In this document: positions 19,807-29,101 of the stretch, in pieces
Layout of the letters: every line of letters begins with the position of its first letter
Position numbering within the stretch: the first letter of the stretch is position 1
Assembly (NCBI GenBank): GCA_965218095.1
Contig: OZ244587.1
Span: 3,360,001 to 3,424,000, forward strand
Reading direction: 5' to 3'
From: Candidatus Poribacteria bacterium
GTDB taxonomy: Bacteria; Poribacteria; WGA-4E; PCPOR2b
Length of the DNA: 64,000 bases
Translations under genes and position numbers: made by a program
Notes under the pieces: generated by a model
The model's input: the letters and a program-made list of their open reading frames with translations, nothing else
The model's database searches: none
Told to the model about the DNA's origin: nothing

Positions 19807-20364
19807 ATGCGTAAAATGATTCGTCGATTTGCGAATTCACGCAGAAGGGTGATTCCATTGAAAAGCCTCTACACAATTCTCTTGGTCTTATTGCTCATCA
19901 GTTTCCCAATCTTAGTTACATACGCCCAAGAGCAGGGCATCACAACGCCTCCATCGCTCGAATCAAAGTTAGAGGAACTAACGACAAGTGTATACTGTCA
20001 CTGCGGCTGCACGCGAGAGATTATTCAACAATGTGTCTGTGGAACTGCCCAACAGATTGAAAGCGAATTTCGCAATCGCCTCATCGCCGGATGGACAGTT
20101 GAACAGATTCGAGATAACTATATTGCAACGCATGGCACACAGTATTCCGCGCTCATGCCCGTCGAAGGGTTTAATATCGTCGCTTATGCTATGCCTGCCG
20201 TTATCATCGTGCTGCTCGGCGTTATCGTCTTTCTTGTGCTTAGGTCAAAGTGCAGAGCGGAGTTGGCGGAGCCGCCCGTTTCAACAGAGCCACAGCCGTC
20301 AGCATCGGCAGATCAATACGAACAAATTGAGGAAGAACTTGAGCGTTACAAGCAGCGAAGGTAG
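19807..20364 (+). CDS. ccmH: Cytochrome c biogenesis protein CcmH/CcmL-like (start uncertain)
   Basis: Signal peptide, CHCGC...CVCG, C-terminal TM helix; follows ccmF. Confidence 0.7.
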   Translation: MRKMIRRFANSRRRVIPLKSLYTILLVLLLISFPILVTYAQEQGITTPPSLESKLEELTTSVYCHCGCTREIIQQCVCGTAQQIESEFRNRLIAGWTVEQIRDNYIATHGTQYSALMPVEGFNIVAYAMPAVIIVLLGVIVFLVLRSKCRAELAEPPVSTEPQPSASADQYEQIEEELERYKQRR

Positions 20365-20665
20365 CCATTATGGAGGGTTAATGAAAATCTACGATTTTCA
20401 TCAACTCTAACCCAAGTTGCCACCTTGATCAGAAAAGGCACAGAAACTAAGTTTTTAGATGAATAGATACGAGTTCGGTGGAAACGCCAAGGATTTGCTC
20501 AGCATCTGGGTTGGTAGCGGACAAAACGAGCAAAAACGGCTTAATTTTTCCGCCAGAATCCGCTTAAAAGCCATGCCACGACTACACGCATGGCACTGGA
20601 CAAAACAGCGGACAAAATCACGAAGAACGAAGGATACAGTTGACAGATTCGAGCAGTAAAGAAAC

Positions 20666-21250
20666 ATGGTGCAATTTCTCGTAGATGATACTCGGCTTAC
20701 ATGGGTGACGGATGTCAAACCGTTGATACTTTTCGTATTCTTGCTAATTACCTGTCTTGGCTGCGGGGATGACTCGGTGATTCAATACCCCGGCGCACCC
20801 GTTATCACTATCGAAAAAACCGCTTTTGACGGATGGGAGGCGGTTGAGTCTCCCGTCTTGCCACGGAGGGTCAATAATTGGGATAACTGGCTGGAAAAGG
20901 AAGCACCACATCTCCACTATCGACTCAAAGCAGAAGAACTCCTACCTTATGACATTGAAGTTGAGCTCTCTTTTAAGCTGACATATTATTCCGACCACCT
21001 GATGGAGCAGCATGGGGGAGCGAGGGATTTTATGTATCAGCAGCGGTATGATATGAAGGCAGACAGACTGACTTATGAAGATAGTCTGGCAATGTACTCT
21101 ATCTTTCATCATACACACACATCGTCTGAAGACGAAATAATCATTAGAAGGATCAGGAATATAGTTATAGAGATTCTCCCTTGGACTGGTACAGGGTCTG
21201 AACCTTACAATGTCGGATCCCCTTCACGAATTGAGATAAAGCGAAAATAA
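20666..21250 (+). CDS. Hypothetical putative lipoprotein
   Basis: Hydrophobic stretch followed by lipobox-like CLGC-GDD; start uncertain. Confidence 0.55.
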   Translation: MVQFLVDDTRLTWVTDVKPLILFVFLLITCLGCGDDSVIQYPGAPVITIEKTAFDGWEAVESPVLPRRVNNWDNWLEKEAPHLHYRLKAEELLPYDIEVELSFKLTYYSDHLMEQHGGARDFMYQQRYDMKADRLTYEDSLAMYSIFHHTHTSSEDEIIIRRIRNIVIEILPWTGTGSEPYNVGSPSRIEIKRK

Positions 21251-21343
21251 AGTAGTGGTTCGTAGTAGCGCAATTCATTGCGCGTTCTTTGATCTGTTCA
21301 GCGGATCGAAAACCGACACCTAAAACTCGGTTTCTTAAATAGG

Positions 21344-21487
21344 TAGGTTCTGTTGACATTTGACAGATTGAATCAATCCCCCGATGCACCTTGAGGCGAT
21401 TTAGGACAACCGCTCGGGGTTTTGGCGGGTAGCGCGATGATTACAGCGTTTCCCAAATTCGTGACAGCGAAATGTCAACACGCCCTA
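21344..21487. mobile_element. Nested MITE with IS5-like ends
   Basis: TAGGTTCTGTTGACATTT / AAATGTCAACACGCCCTA (15 of 18 inverted match), TA at both ends. Confidence 0.65.
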
Positions 21488-21559
21488 GCAACTTGGGTTA
21501 AACTCTACTTGATTTCGCAGGATAGGTGGGCAAAACAGGACAGGTTAGGAGTTTAACTT

Positions 21560-21898
21560 ATGTTTTTTGTGTTTCTATGGATTTTACTACTCGGACTTCC
21601 CCTTTTGGTCTATCTGGGTTTACCACTTTGGTCTCAACCCCGCATATCTCCAGAAATAGAGCCCGTCGAGGCGCGTATGCGAACGCTATTCCTCGAGCGT
21701 GAACGCAGCTATTCGGCGCTTGTAGACCTTGAGGAAGATTACGAAACAGGCAAGCTATCCCAAGGAGATTATCAAACCCTACGAGGGCAACTGCTGCAAG
21801 AAACAGCAGCGGTGTTGGCGCAGATCGAAACGTTTGGCATGGCATCCGTTGAAGAAGAGATCGAGAGATATAGGCAAGAGAGACAACCGCGGAGTTAA
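21560..21898 (+). CDS. ccm-associated small membrane protein (CcmI N-terminal-like)
   Basis: TM helix followed by DLEEDYETGKLSQGDYQTLR; RBS AGGAG. Confidence 0.7.
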   Translation: MFFVFLWILLLGLPLLVYLGLPLWSQPRISPEIEPVEARMRTLFLERERSYSALVDLEEDYETGKLSQGDYQTLRGQLLQETAAVLAQIETFGMASVEEEIERYRQERQPRS

Positions 21899-21906
21899 GA
21901 TAAAAT

Positions 21907-23211
21907 ATGCACAACAACCGGAAAGCCGGAAAACCAGAAAACAAAATTTTATTACGTTTCACGTTTTACGTTTTACGCTTTACGCTTACCCTTTTAATCT
22001 GTCTTCCTTCCGCTTTCGGACAAGGTGAGGCTGGCAAAATCGAAGGGCAAGTTATTGACAAGCAGAAGGGGCTACCGCTTACACAACAGCGAATCCTCCT
22101 ACAGATCCGCTGGGAAGGCGAAGATGTCCAGCAACGTGAGACGGTAACAGACAACAGTGGGTCTTATACCTTCGATAATCTCTCAACGGCTTTCGATGTG
22201 CACTATGTGATTTCAACCACTTACGAAGGGGAGGAATATGTCGAAAAAGACCTTGTCTTGTCAGAGTGGGTATCAGAAATCAAGGCCAATATTGAGATTG
22301 GTGGCTTTACCGATGACCCATCGCAGGTGAAGATTCGGCAGCATACGATTGTCATTTCACCGCCGCCGGCAGATCACGCCCCAGATCAAGCCGTTTCGGT
22401 GATGGAGATTATTCAGGTCGAAAATACCAGTGATCTGGCGTTTAAAACATCAATAGGGGTTCAACCGGCAGGTGTGCATTTCAACTTGCCAAATGGTTAC
22501 GAGAACCTTCAGCTTGATCAGAGCTCCAAACAAGATCTCGGGGCAACTGCAAACCGGTTAATCGCCAACCAACCGTTAGCTCCGGGAACGCATAACGTCG
22601 GATATTCTTATTTGATACACATTGTTGATTCGGATTTAGCCCTCTCCCGAAAGCTGACATTTGATACAGACCAACTCTATGTATTCATTGCGCAAGGGAT
22701 GCCATTAAAGCCACAATCACGAATCTTAGGAGCTGGCCGTCAGGAAGACATCCACGGCATGGTATACACCATTTATGCAACCGACCCTGCCAAGCCGCTA
22801 TCAACGGGGCAAACTGTAGACCTAAGCATTAAGGTTGCCTCCGTTGCTCCGGCTCCTCAAGGTGGTACGGCTGGACAACCGTCTGACCCAAAGATGATTG
22901 CGCTGATCGCAATCGCCGCGGCACTTGCAGGCGGTTTTTTGGTTGCGGCGATTTTCAAAATCCGAACCCCCACGCCGAAGCCGTCTGACGGCTCCCAAAG
23001 ATCTCAAGCGGCTCCCGATGCCAGTTGGCTCCGTAAGCTGGATGCCGCCGACATTGAGCGGACGCGGATTGCCCGGCTTGAGATGGTTACTCGTTTGGAG
23101 GAATTGTACGAGAAGCACGAAATCTCCGAGCGGGTTTATAAGCGGTTGCGGAAAGAGCAGGCAGATCGGCTCGCGGCTGTCCTTGAGCGAATGAATAGAA
23201 AAGGAGAATGA
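21907..23211 (+). CDS. ccm-associated secreted/membrane protein with carboxypeptidase-regulatory-like domain
   Basis: GKIEGQVID...TDNSGSYTFDNL beta-sandwich, late TM helix, helical tail. Confidence 0.65.
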   Translation: MHNNRKAGKPENKILLRFTFYVLRFTLTLLICLPSAFGQGEAGKIEGQVIDKQKGLPLTQQRILLQIRWEGEDVQQRETVTDNSGSYTFDNLSTAFDVHYVISTTYEGEEYVEKDLVLSEWVSEIKANIEIGGFTDDPSQVKIRQHTIVISPPPADHAPDQAVSVMEIIQVENTSDLAFKTSIGVQPAGVHFNLPNGYENLQLDQSSKQDLGATANRLIANQPLAPGTHNVGYSYLIHIVDSDLALSRKLTFDTDQLYVFIAQGMPLKPQSRILGAGRQEDIHGMVYTIYATDPAKPLSTGQTVDLSIKVASVAPAPQGGTAGQPSDPKMIALIAIAAALAGGFLVAAIFKIRTPTPKPSDGSQRSQAAPDASWLRKLDAADIERTRIARLEMVTRLEELYEKHEISERVYKRLRKEQADRLAAVLERMNRKGE

Positions 23212-23214
23212 ACC

Positions 23215-23862
23215 ATGAATCCTGAAGAAATCCGCAATCTGGAAGATGAATCCCTATCTATCGCGGCTATCGAAAGCATTGGTTCGATGACCGAAGATGA
23301 GTTCGTAGAGTGGTGCGATGAAGATATTCGTGCCGAATATGTTTACGGAAAGGTTATTATTATGTCGCCAGAATCGGTGTGAGATGGAGAACTACGATGG
23401 TCTGTTGGAACAGTCCTCAAAATCTTTGTAGAGCATCACGATCTCGGGCAGGTTTTTGGTCCAAATCTCCAAATCCGTCTGCAACTGCGATTAAGACGAA
23501 TTCCAGATCTCATGTTTATATCCCGTGAACGTCTTCACCTGCTTCAGGAAGCACACCTTGAGGGGCCTCCGGATCTGGCGATGGAGATTGTTTCGCCCGA
23601 TAGCTAGGAAAGAGACGAGCGAGACAAATATCAAGAGTACGAGACGTTTGGTATACGCGAATACTGGATAGTTGCACCGTTGGCGAAACGGATTGATGTC
23701 TATCGCTTGTCCGATCAGGGTAAATGTGAACCGCTGCTGCCCGACGCATCTGGCGTCTACCACTCTGCTATAATCCCCGGCTTTTTCGTAAACCTCCAAT
23801 GGCTTTGGCGGCAGCCTCCACCCAAAACGCGCGATATTTTGCGCGAGTTGGGCATCTCATAA
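23215..23862 (+). pseudogene. Uma2 family endonuclease pseudogene
   Basis: Single frame with PDLMF, GPPDLAMEIVSP and GIREYWIV; in-frame stops TGA 23380 and TAG 23605. Confidence 0.85.
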
Positions 23863-23953
23863 CCGTAATTTCCGAATAACGTAAGATGGGAGGTTCTTCT
23901 TACGCACTACGCACTACGCACTACGCATTACGTTTTACCAATAAGAGATTCTG

Positions 23954-24670
23954 ATGCTCCTCCAAGCCTCCCAAATCACGAAACGCTTTGGCCATCGAAT
24001 GGTGTTGAACGGGCTCGAGCTCAATGTCCAGTCTGGCGAAGTTGTTGCGATTTTTGGGCCAAACGGTGCTGGCAAAACGACCCTCATTCAGATCCTTTCA
24101 ACATTAATCAAACCCACATCTGGCAGGCTTCAAATTGGAGGTATTGACGCCCTTTCGGATGCACTGCGTGTCCGTCCATCATTGGGGGTGGTCGTTCACG
24201 AACCGCTCGCTTACCTCGAGTTGAGCCCTTATGAGAACCTGAAATTTTTCGGACGACTCTACGGGCTTGATGGGTTAGAGCAGCGGATCGCAGACCTCCT
24301 TGCCGATGTTCAACTCACCCCATTCGCTCACGAACCTGTCAAGATCTTCTCTCGCGGCATGACCCAACGATTCATGCTTGCCAAGGCATTGATTCATGAC
24401 CCGATGCTACTGCTCTTTGACGAACCGTTTTCGGGACTCGACCTCGCTGCGAAGCAATTTGTGTTAAAGCGGATCGATCAAGAGCGTGCTTGCGGCAAAG
24501 GAATTATCCTCACGACGCACGATACGGAATTGGGCTACCATGCAGGCTCACACTTCCACTTCCTATTGAATGGTCGAATTGAAACGGTCGCTGAAAAGGG
24601 GGAGATTGGATTGGAAGAATTGTCTCGTCGGTATGAGGATCGGTTGAAAAGACAGACACGTAAGGCGTGA
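23954..24670 (+). CDS. ccmA: Heme exporter ATP-binding protein CcmA
   Basis: Walker A GPNGAGKT, FSRGM signature, LLLFDEP. Confidence 0.9.
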   Translation: MLLQASQITKRFGHRMVLNGLELNVQSGEVVAIFGPNGAGKTTLIQILSTLIKPTSGRLQIGGIDALSDALRVRPSLGVVVHEPLAYLELSPYENLKFFGRLYGLDGLEQRIADLLADVQLTPFAHEPVKIFSRGMTQRFMLAKALIHDPMLLLFDEPFSGLDLAAKQFVLKRIDQERACGKGIILTTHDTELGYHAGSHFHFLLNGRIETVAEKGEIGLEELSRRYEDRLKRQTRKA

Positions 24671-24752
24671 AACGTAAAATCTTCTTACGTTTTACGACCG
24701 CTTTGATCCGCAAAGGTGCGTCGTTAACGCTAAAGAGGGGAGTCCATTTTAA

Positions 24753-25472
24753 TTGATGGAAGTATGCTATAAAATCGGCTGGCTCATCCGGAAAGACCTC
24801 GCGCTCCAATTCCGCACGAAGGATACGCTTGCTTTAATTTTCGTGTTCAGTGTGTTAGTCGTGCTGATCTTCTGCTTCGCGTTCGGACCGATTTTCCCCG
24901 AAAAATTGGAGGAACGTGGGAAATTGGCTGCCAGCGTGTTATGGACAACGTTTTTGTTTGCGGGCATCATCACGCTGAACAGGTCTTTCGATATTGAACG
25001 CGCAAACGGTGCACTGCACGGACTGAGATTGACAGGGGTGGATGCGAGCCACTTTTACCTTTCAAAAGTCGTCAGTATCTTCGTTTTTCTCGCACTGCTG
25101 GAGGTAATTGTTACACCGATTTCGCTTCAATTCTTGGATGTCCTCAGTGTTTTACCTGTCGCGTTGCAAAAACAACTCCCCTGGCTCCTGCTAAAACTCA
25201 TCGGCGTGCTCGCGATTGGAACGCTCGGTTTCTGTGCGGTGGGTGTCATTGTCTCCGGCATCTCTACCAGCACGCATGGAAAGGAAAGTCTGCTCTCGGT
25301 GATCCTACTGCCGCTGACCTTCCCGGTAGTCATAGCGGGAGCAAAATGCACCGTTTCTCTGCTGACAACAGGTGGGCTTGGGGGCAGCTTCTGGATTTCA
25401 ATTTTAGTTGTCTACGGCCTTGTATTTCTAGCGAGCTCATATCTCCTCTTTGAGTTTGTCATTGAAGGGTGA
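24753..25472 (+). CDS. ccmB: Heme exporter permease CcmB
   Basis: KDL...FR, LNRSF..E..NG and LLSVILLPL..PV motifs. Confidence 0.9.
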   Translation: MMEVCYKIGWLIRKDLALQFRTKDTLALIFVFSVLVVLIFCFAFGPIFPEKLEERGKLAASVLWTTFLFAGIITLNRSFDIERANGALHGLRLTGVDASHFYLSKVVSIFVFLALLEVIVTPISLQFLDVLSVLPVALQKQLPWLLLKLIGVLAIGTLGFCAVGVIVSGISTSTHGKESLLSVILLPLTFPVVIAGAKCTVSLLTTGGLGGSFWISILVVYGLVFLASSYLLFEFVIEG

Positions 25473-25513
25473 GCTCTCTCAGAAAGTCCAGTTCACAAGA
25501 GGAAAGAGAAAAA

Positions 25514-26182
25514 ATGACACGCACTCAACTGATTGGAATGCTTTCAGCAATCTTCTTATTTGTTGCCATCTACTTCGTTTTCAGCTTCGCCGAGATTGAG
25601 ATGACGATGCTAGAAGTTCAGAAAATCTTCTACTTCCATGTTTCTTCGGCGTTCACCGTATTCCTCGCTTTTGGCGTGACCTGCCTGTTCAGCATCCTCT
25701 ACCTAATCAAGCGCAAGGACAAACACGATATGATTGCTCTCGCCTCAACGGAAATCGGGGTTGTTTTCGGCATTGTCGTGTTTACCACAGGCCCCATTTG
25801 GGCGAGATCTGCTTGGAATACTTGGTGGAATTGGGAACCGAGATTGACAAGCGCGTTGATCCTTTGGCTAACATACATCGGTTACCTTATCCTGAGGTCT
25901 GCCTTGGCGGAGGAAAAAAAACGGGTTTACTCCGCAGTCTTGGGAATCATCGGCTTCCTGAATGTGCCCATCGTTTACTTTTCGGTCGAGCTCTGGCAGG
26001 GTGGCTTGCACCCCGGCACGGGCACCAAGATGAACCTTCCGGCTACCATGCAAATTGCGTGGCTGATTTCATGGCTTGCGCTGACCCTCCTCTACCTATT
26101 CTTGCTGATGTTGCGGTATCGCGCTGAACAGATGAAGTTAGAATTAGAAACGATTCAATACCAACAGATGGGTGAATCGTAA
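25514..26182 (+). CDS. ccmC: Heme exporter CcmC
   Basis: IFYFHV, TGPIWAR.AWNTWWNWEPRLT and LHP motifs. Confidence 0.92.
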   Translation: MTRTQLIGMLSAIFLFVAIYFVFSFAEIEMTMLEVQKIFYFHVSSAFTVFLAFGVTCLFSILYLIKRKDKHDMIALASTEIGVVFGIVVFTTGPIWARSAWNTWWNWEPRLTSALILWLTYIGYLILRSALAEEKKRVYSAVLGIIGFLNVPIVYFSVELWQGGLHPGTGTKMNLPATMQIAWLISWLALTLLYLFLLMLRYRAEQMKLELETIQYQQMGES

Positions 26183-26238
26183 AACGCAAACCGTTCGGAT
26201 GAGCTCACGCCGAAGCCTCCTATCTCTGGAAAAATTCA

Positions 26239-26589
26239 ATGCACAAAGGTTTATGGATAGCTGTTCTTGCTATTTTCGCGCTCTTTTTCGGGTTATTTAT
26301 CCTGAGCCAAATTCCGGTCACCATCACACAGGACGAGGTCTTCGCTGCCGTCAGTGATGCCATTGCCGAAACGAAAGTTCAAGTGGACGAGGCAGAAGTT
26401 GAACAAGTTGTGAGCAAAGCATTAGAAAAATTGGAGGCTCGGCAAAAAAGGCGGTTGCGGTTTCTCGTATCCGCTTACTTTTTGCTCTGGCTGATCTTTC
26501 TGCTCTACGCGCTACGACTGGCGCGAACTCAAGATCAACTGCGCAAGCGACTTGAGCAATTACAAGGCGGTTCACCGCAGAAGAAATAA
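26239..26589 (+). CDS. CcmD-like membrane protein
   Basis: AYFLLWLIFLLYALRL...Q..L..RLEQL C-terminus; follows ccmC. Confidence 0.6.
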   Translation: MHKGLWIAVLAIFALFFGLFILSQIPVTITQDEVFAAVSDAIAETKVQVDEAEVEQVVSKALEKLEARQKRRLRFLVSAYFLLWLIFLLYALRLARTQDQLRKRLEQLQGGSPQKK

Positions 26590-26779
26590 GCATTATTTAC
26601 CCGACGAGAAGGAAATATGGAAATTCGTGCAGCAAAAGCACATGAACGCGAAAAATGGCGAAAATACCCGAAGCTGCTGGAAGCCATGGAAAAAAAGGGG
26701 ACTTCGACATAACACCCAAGTAGCGGATTCAGAGGGGATTGGAAGCTAATCGTTTCGGCTGAGCTCAACGTCGAAGCCG

Positions 26780-27078
26780 AAAACTATTTGGTGGTGGCAT
26801 CGGCAATCATAAAGACGGAATAGATGCCCTCAACAGGATACGAGGCGGAGGGATTGCATGAGTGCACGAATCTTTCCTTTTATCGGTTCGCCTCTCCCCC
26901 TACGATCTCGATTGATGCCTATCACTTTGCGATTGCTCGTGCGGACGGAATCAATTCCTTTGTTACCCTCGATCAAGGCTTCGGCGTCATCGATACCCTC
27001 AATCTCTACACCTGTGATCTGGCTCTCCTCCAAAATCAAACGACTGCCACAGAAATCCTACCCTCTAATCAGACGTGA
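26780..27078 (+). pseudogene. PIN-domain protein remnant
   Basis: DAYHFAIA...GINSFVTLDQGF resembles a PIN C-terminus; upstream part is broken. Confidence 0.4.
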
Positions 27079-27157
27079 ATTTGTCATTTACGCTTCACGC
27101 AACACATAACACACACGATACCAAAGATTGAACCCCATTTGAACGGAGCAGAAGTCT

Positions 27158-28227
27158 ATGGCAATTCCCACGATTCACGTTGGCTGCACGCATTTCGCTC
27201 ATGGACGGCTACAGGCGCTGATTAACTGCAAAGGATTGGCCCCGTCGCTGGTGTGGATATAAACCTCGAAGCGGCCCAAGAGAGCGTGAAGTCCCTGGAA
27301 GGCGACATCCCCGCGGGACTCGCCGACCGCATTTACAGGACGATTACGGAGGCGCGTGAGAAGCATCACGCAGAGGTCTGCCTCATCTACGCCTCGACGA
27401 CGGCGCACGCGAAACTGGTCGTTGAGAGTCTCAATCTCGGCATGCACACGTTTTGCGTCAAGCCGATTGCCACGACGCAAGCCGAATTCCAGGAAATTAT
27501 TGGCGCCCACAAGGCACACCCCGATCTGATGCTCGTGCAGGGGCAGAACAAACGGTGGAATCCCGCTGCTGCCAAAATGCGCGAATGGCTTCGCGAGGAG
27601 AATGGCATCGGTGACATGCTCAGCGGCGAATGTCGCTTCTGGATTCGCCAGAACCTTTGGCGGGGCACGGATTCACGGCAGCCAGATGCTTTCGTGGAGA
27701 GACTTTTCTTCCACTCAGCGACCAGTCATCAACTCGATTAACTGGTTGCTGCGAAAAGGCTTCCAAAATATGTGACGGCTCGCGTGCATACACGCCAGGA
27801 CCCTGACCTTGGTCAGACGGGCGTCTGGGGAACGGCTGGGGGGCAAGCACTGTGGGAATACCCCAATGGTGCTTCCTTCTGCTACATGGGGACTCGCGCT
27901 GGTCACACGAACCCCTTCGGCTGGAGTGGGTACTGGACATTCCACGGTGAAAAAGGCGACCTTCGACGTGATGCCGGACACCTTCAACTTCTCTGCAAGG
28001 GCAAGTGCATCGAAGATCTTCAGCTTCAAGACCTTCACCCGGGACTTATCGAAGATGACCGTCTTCAGTTTGACGCTTTTGCAGAAGCCATTTCGACGGG
28101 GAAAGACCGGGAGTGGATGCAGGAAACGACGCTCGACACATGGATTGTCATGGAAGCCTGCAACGAGTCGGCACGGACGGTTGAGCGTGTGGATGTCGAA
28201 GCCTTCCATGCGAAGATGATGGAGTAA
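27158..28227 (+). pseudogene. Gfo/Idh/MocA oxidoreductase pseudogene
   Basis: ATG 27158 is in a different frame (frameshift near 27240). Contains HTFCVKPIA and QGQNKRWNP. An in-frame TAA at 27739 separates two same-frame ORFs. Confidence 0.8.
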
Positions 28228-28286
28228 CAAACGAACCTGCTTCTTAACGAAGCAAAATCCTTATTCATCGTGGAGAAGTAAACTGA

Positions 28287-29101
28287 ATGTCTACCGTAAA
28301 CCGTTTTGCACATCCAGAGCCCCCATTTCCGGTTGGAGTGGAGTATTACCGCGCTCCCACACCAAAACCCGATTATTGGGACAAAGACTTCGCCCGGTTG
28401 CGCGCTGCCGGTTTTCGGGTTGTGCGCAGTTTTACCTATTGGAATTGGATGGAGCCGCAGCCGGGCGTCTACGAACTGGATGATTTTGATTATCTGTTCG
28501 ATTTAGCCGAAAAGCATAGGGTGTCCGTTTGGCTCGACATTGTGCTGGGGACGCATGGTGCGTGCCCGGAGTGGTTAACCCGTGAGCATCCGGACATGCG
28601 GATTGTGAATTACCATGGCCAACGAGCTGAGTCCTGTGCAGGCTCAGCTAGGCCAGTTACAGTCATCACGCTGTGTGGTTACGCGGTGTTAGCGCTACGC
28701 GGCGACACGCGGGCAATAGCGTCTTTAGCGCCACGGTAGCGATTCAAACTGCCGACAAATGCTTTACATGGTTTGGCTTCACGCTGTCAGCCGGATTTGG
28801 GGATGTCGGACAGCCGGATTTAGTGCTTGGGCTGACGGAGGAGTTGGGCGTACGGCCACGGGTATCAGTCGAAGGAGACCGTGTGGCGTCAATGGCACGG
28901 CGCTCACGCCGTGGTGGATGGCTTCTGTTTGTGTTCAACGTTGAGCGACAAAAAGCGCACGTCACGTTACGACCGAGATGGCAAATTGGCCGCGCTTATG
29001 ATCTGTTGGCTCAATGCGACGTACCGATAAAAGACAATACATTTCAGCTTGTCATCGAGCCGTGGGAGGTCGCGGTCATCCATTGTATGGAGGGCGCATG
29101 A
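28287..29101 (+). pseudogene. GH42-like beta-galactosidase, internally deleted
   Basis: N-terminus GVEYYR..., WNWMEPQPGVY...CPEWL joined out of frame to a C-terminus LLFVFN...DLL; far too short for an intact enzyme. Confidence 0.75.

Larger units (their letters stand above)
20408..21500. mobile_element. Non-autonomous TIR element with cargo gene
   Basis: Perfect 13-bp TIR TAACCCAAGTTGC (20408-20420) / GCAACTTGGGTTA (21488-21500); AACTC duplicated at 20403-20407 and 21501-21505; no transposase inside. Confidence 0.75.

Noticed and set aside
6756-27741. Stop-codon reassignment or pyrrolysine readthrough
   Set aside because: Interrupting stops include TAG, TGA and TAA, and intact genes terminate normally with all three.
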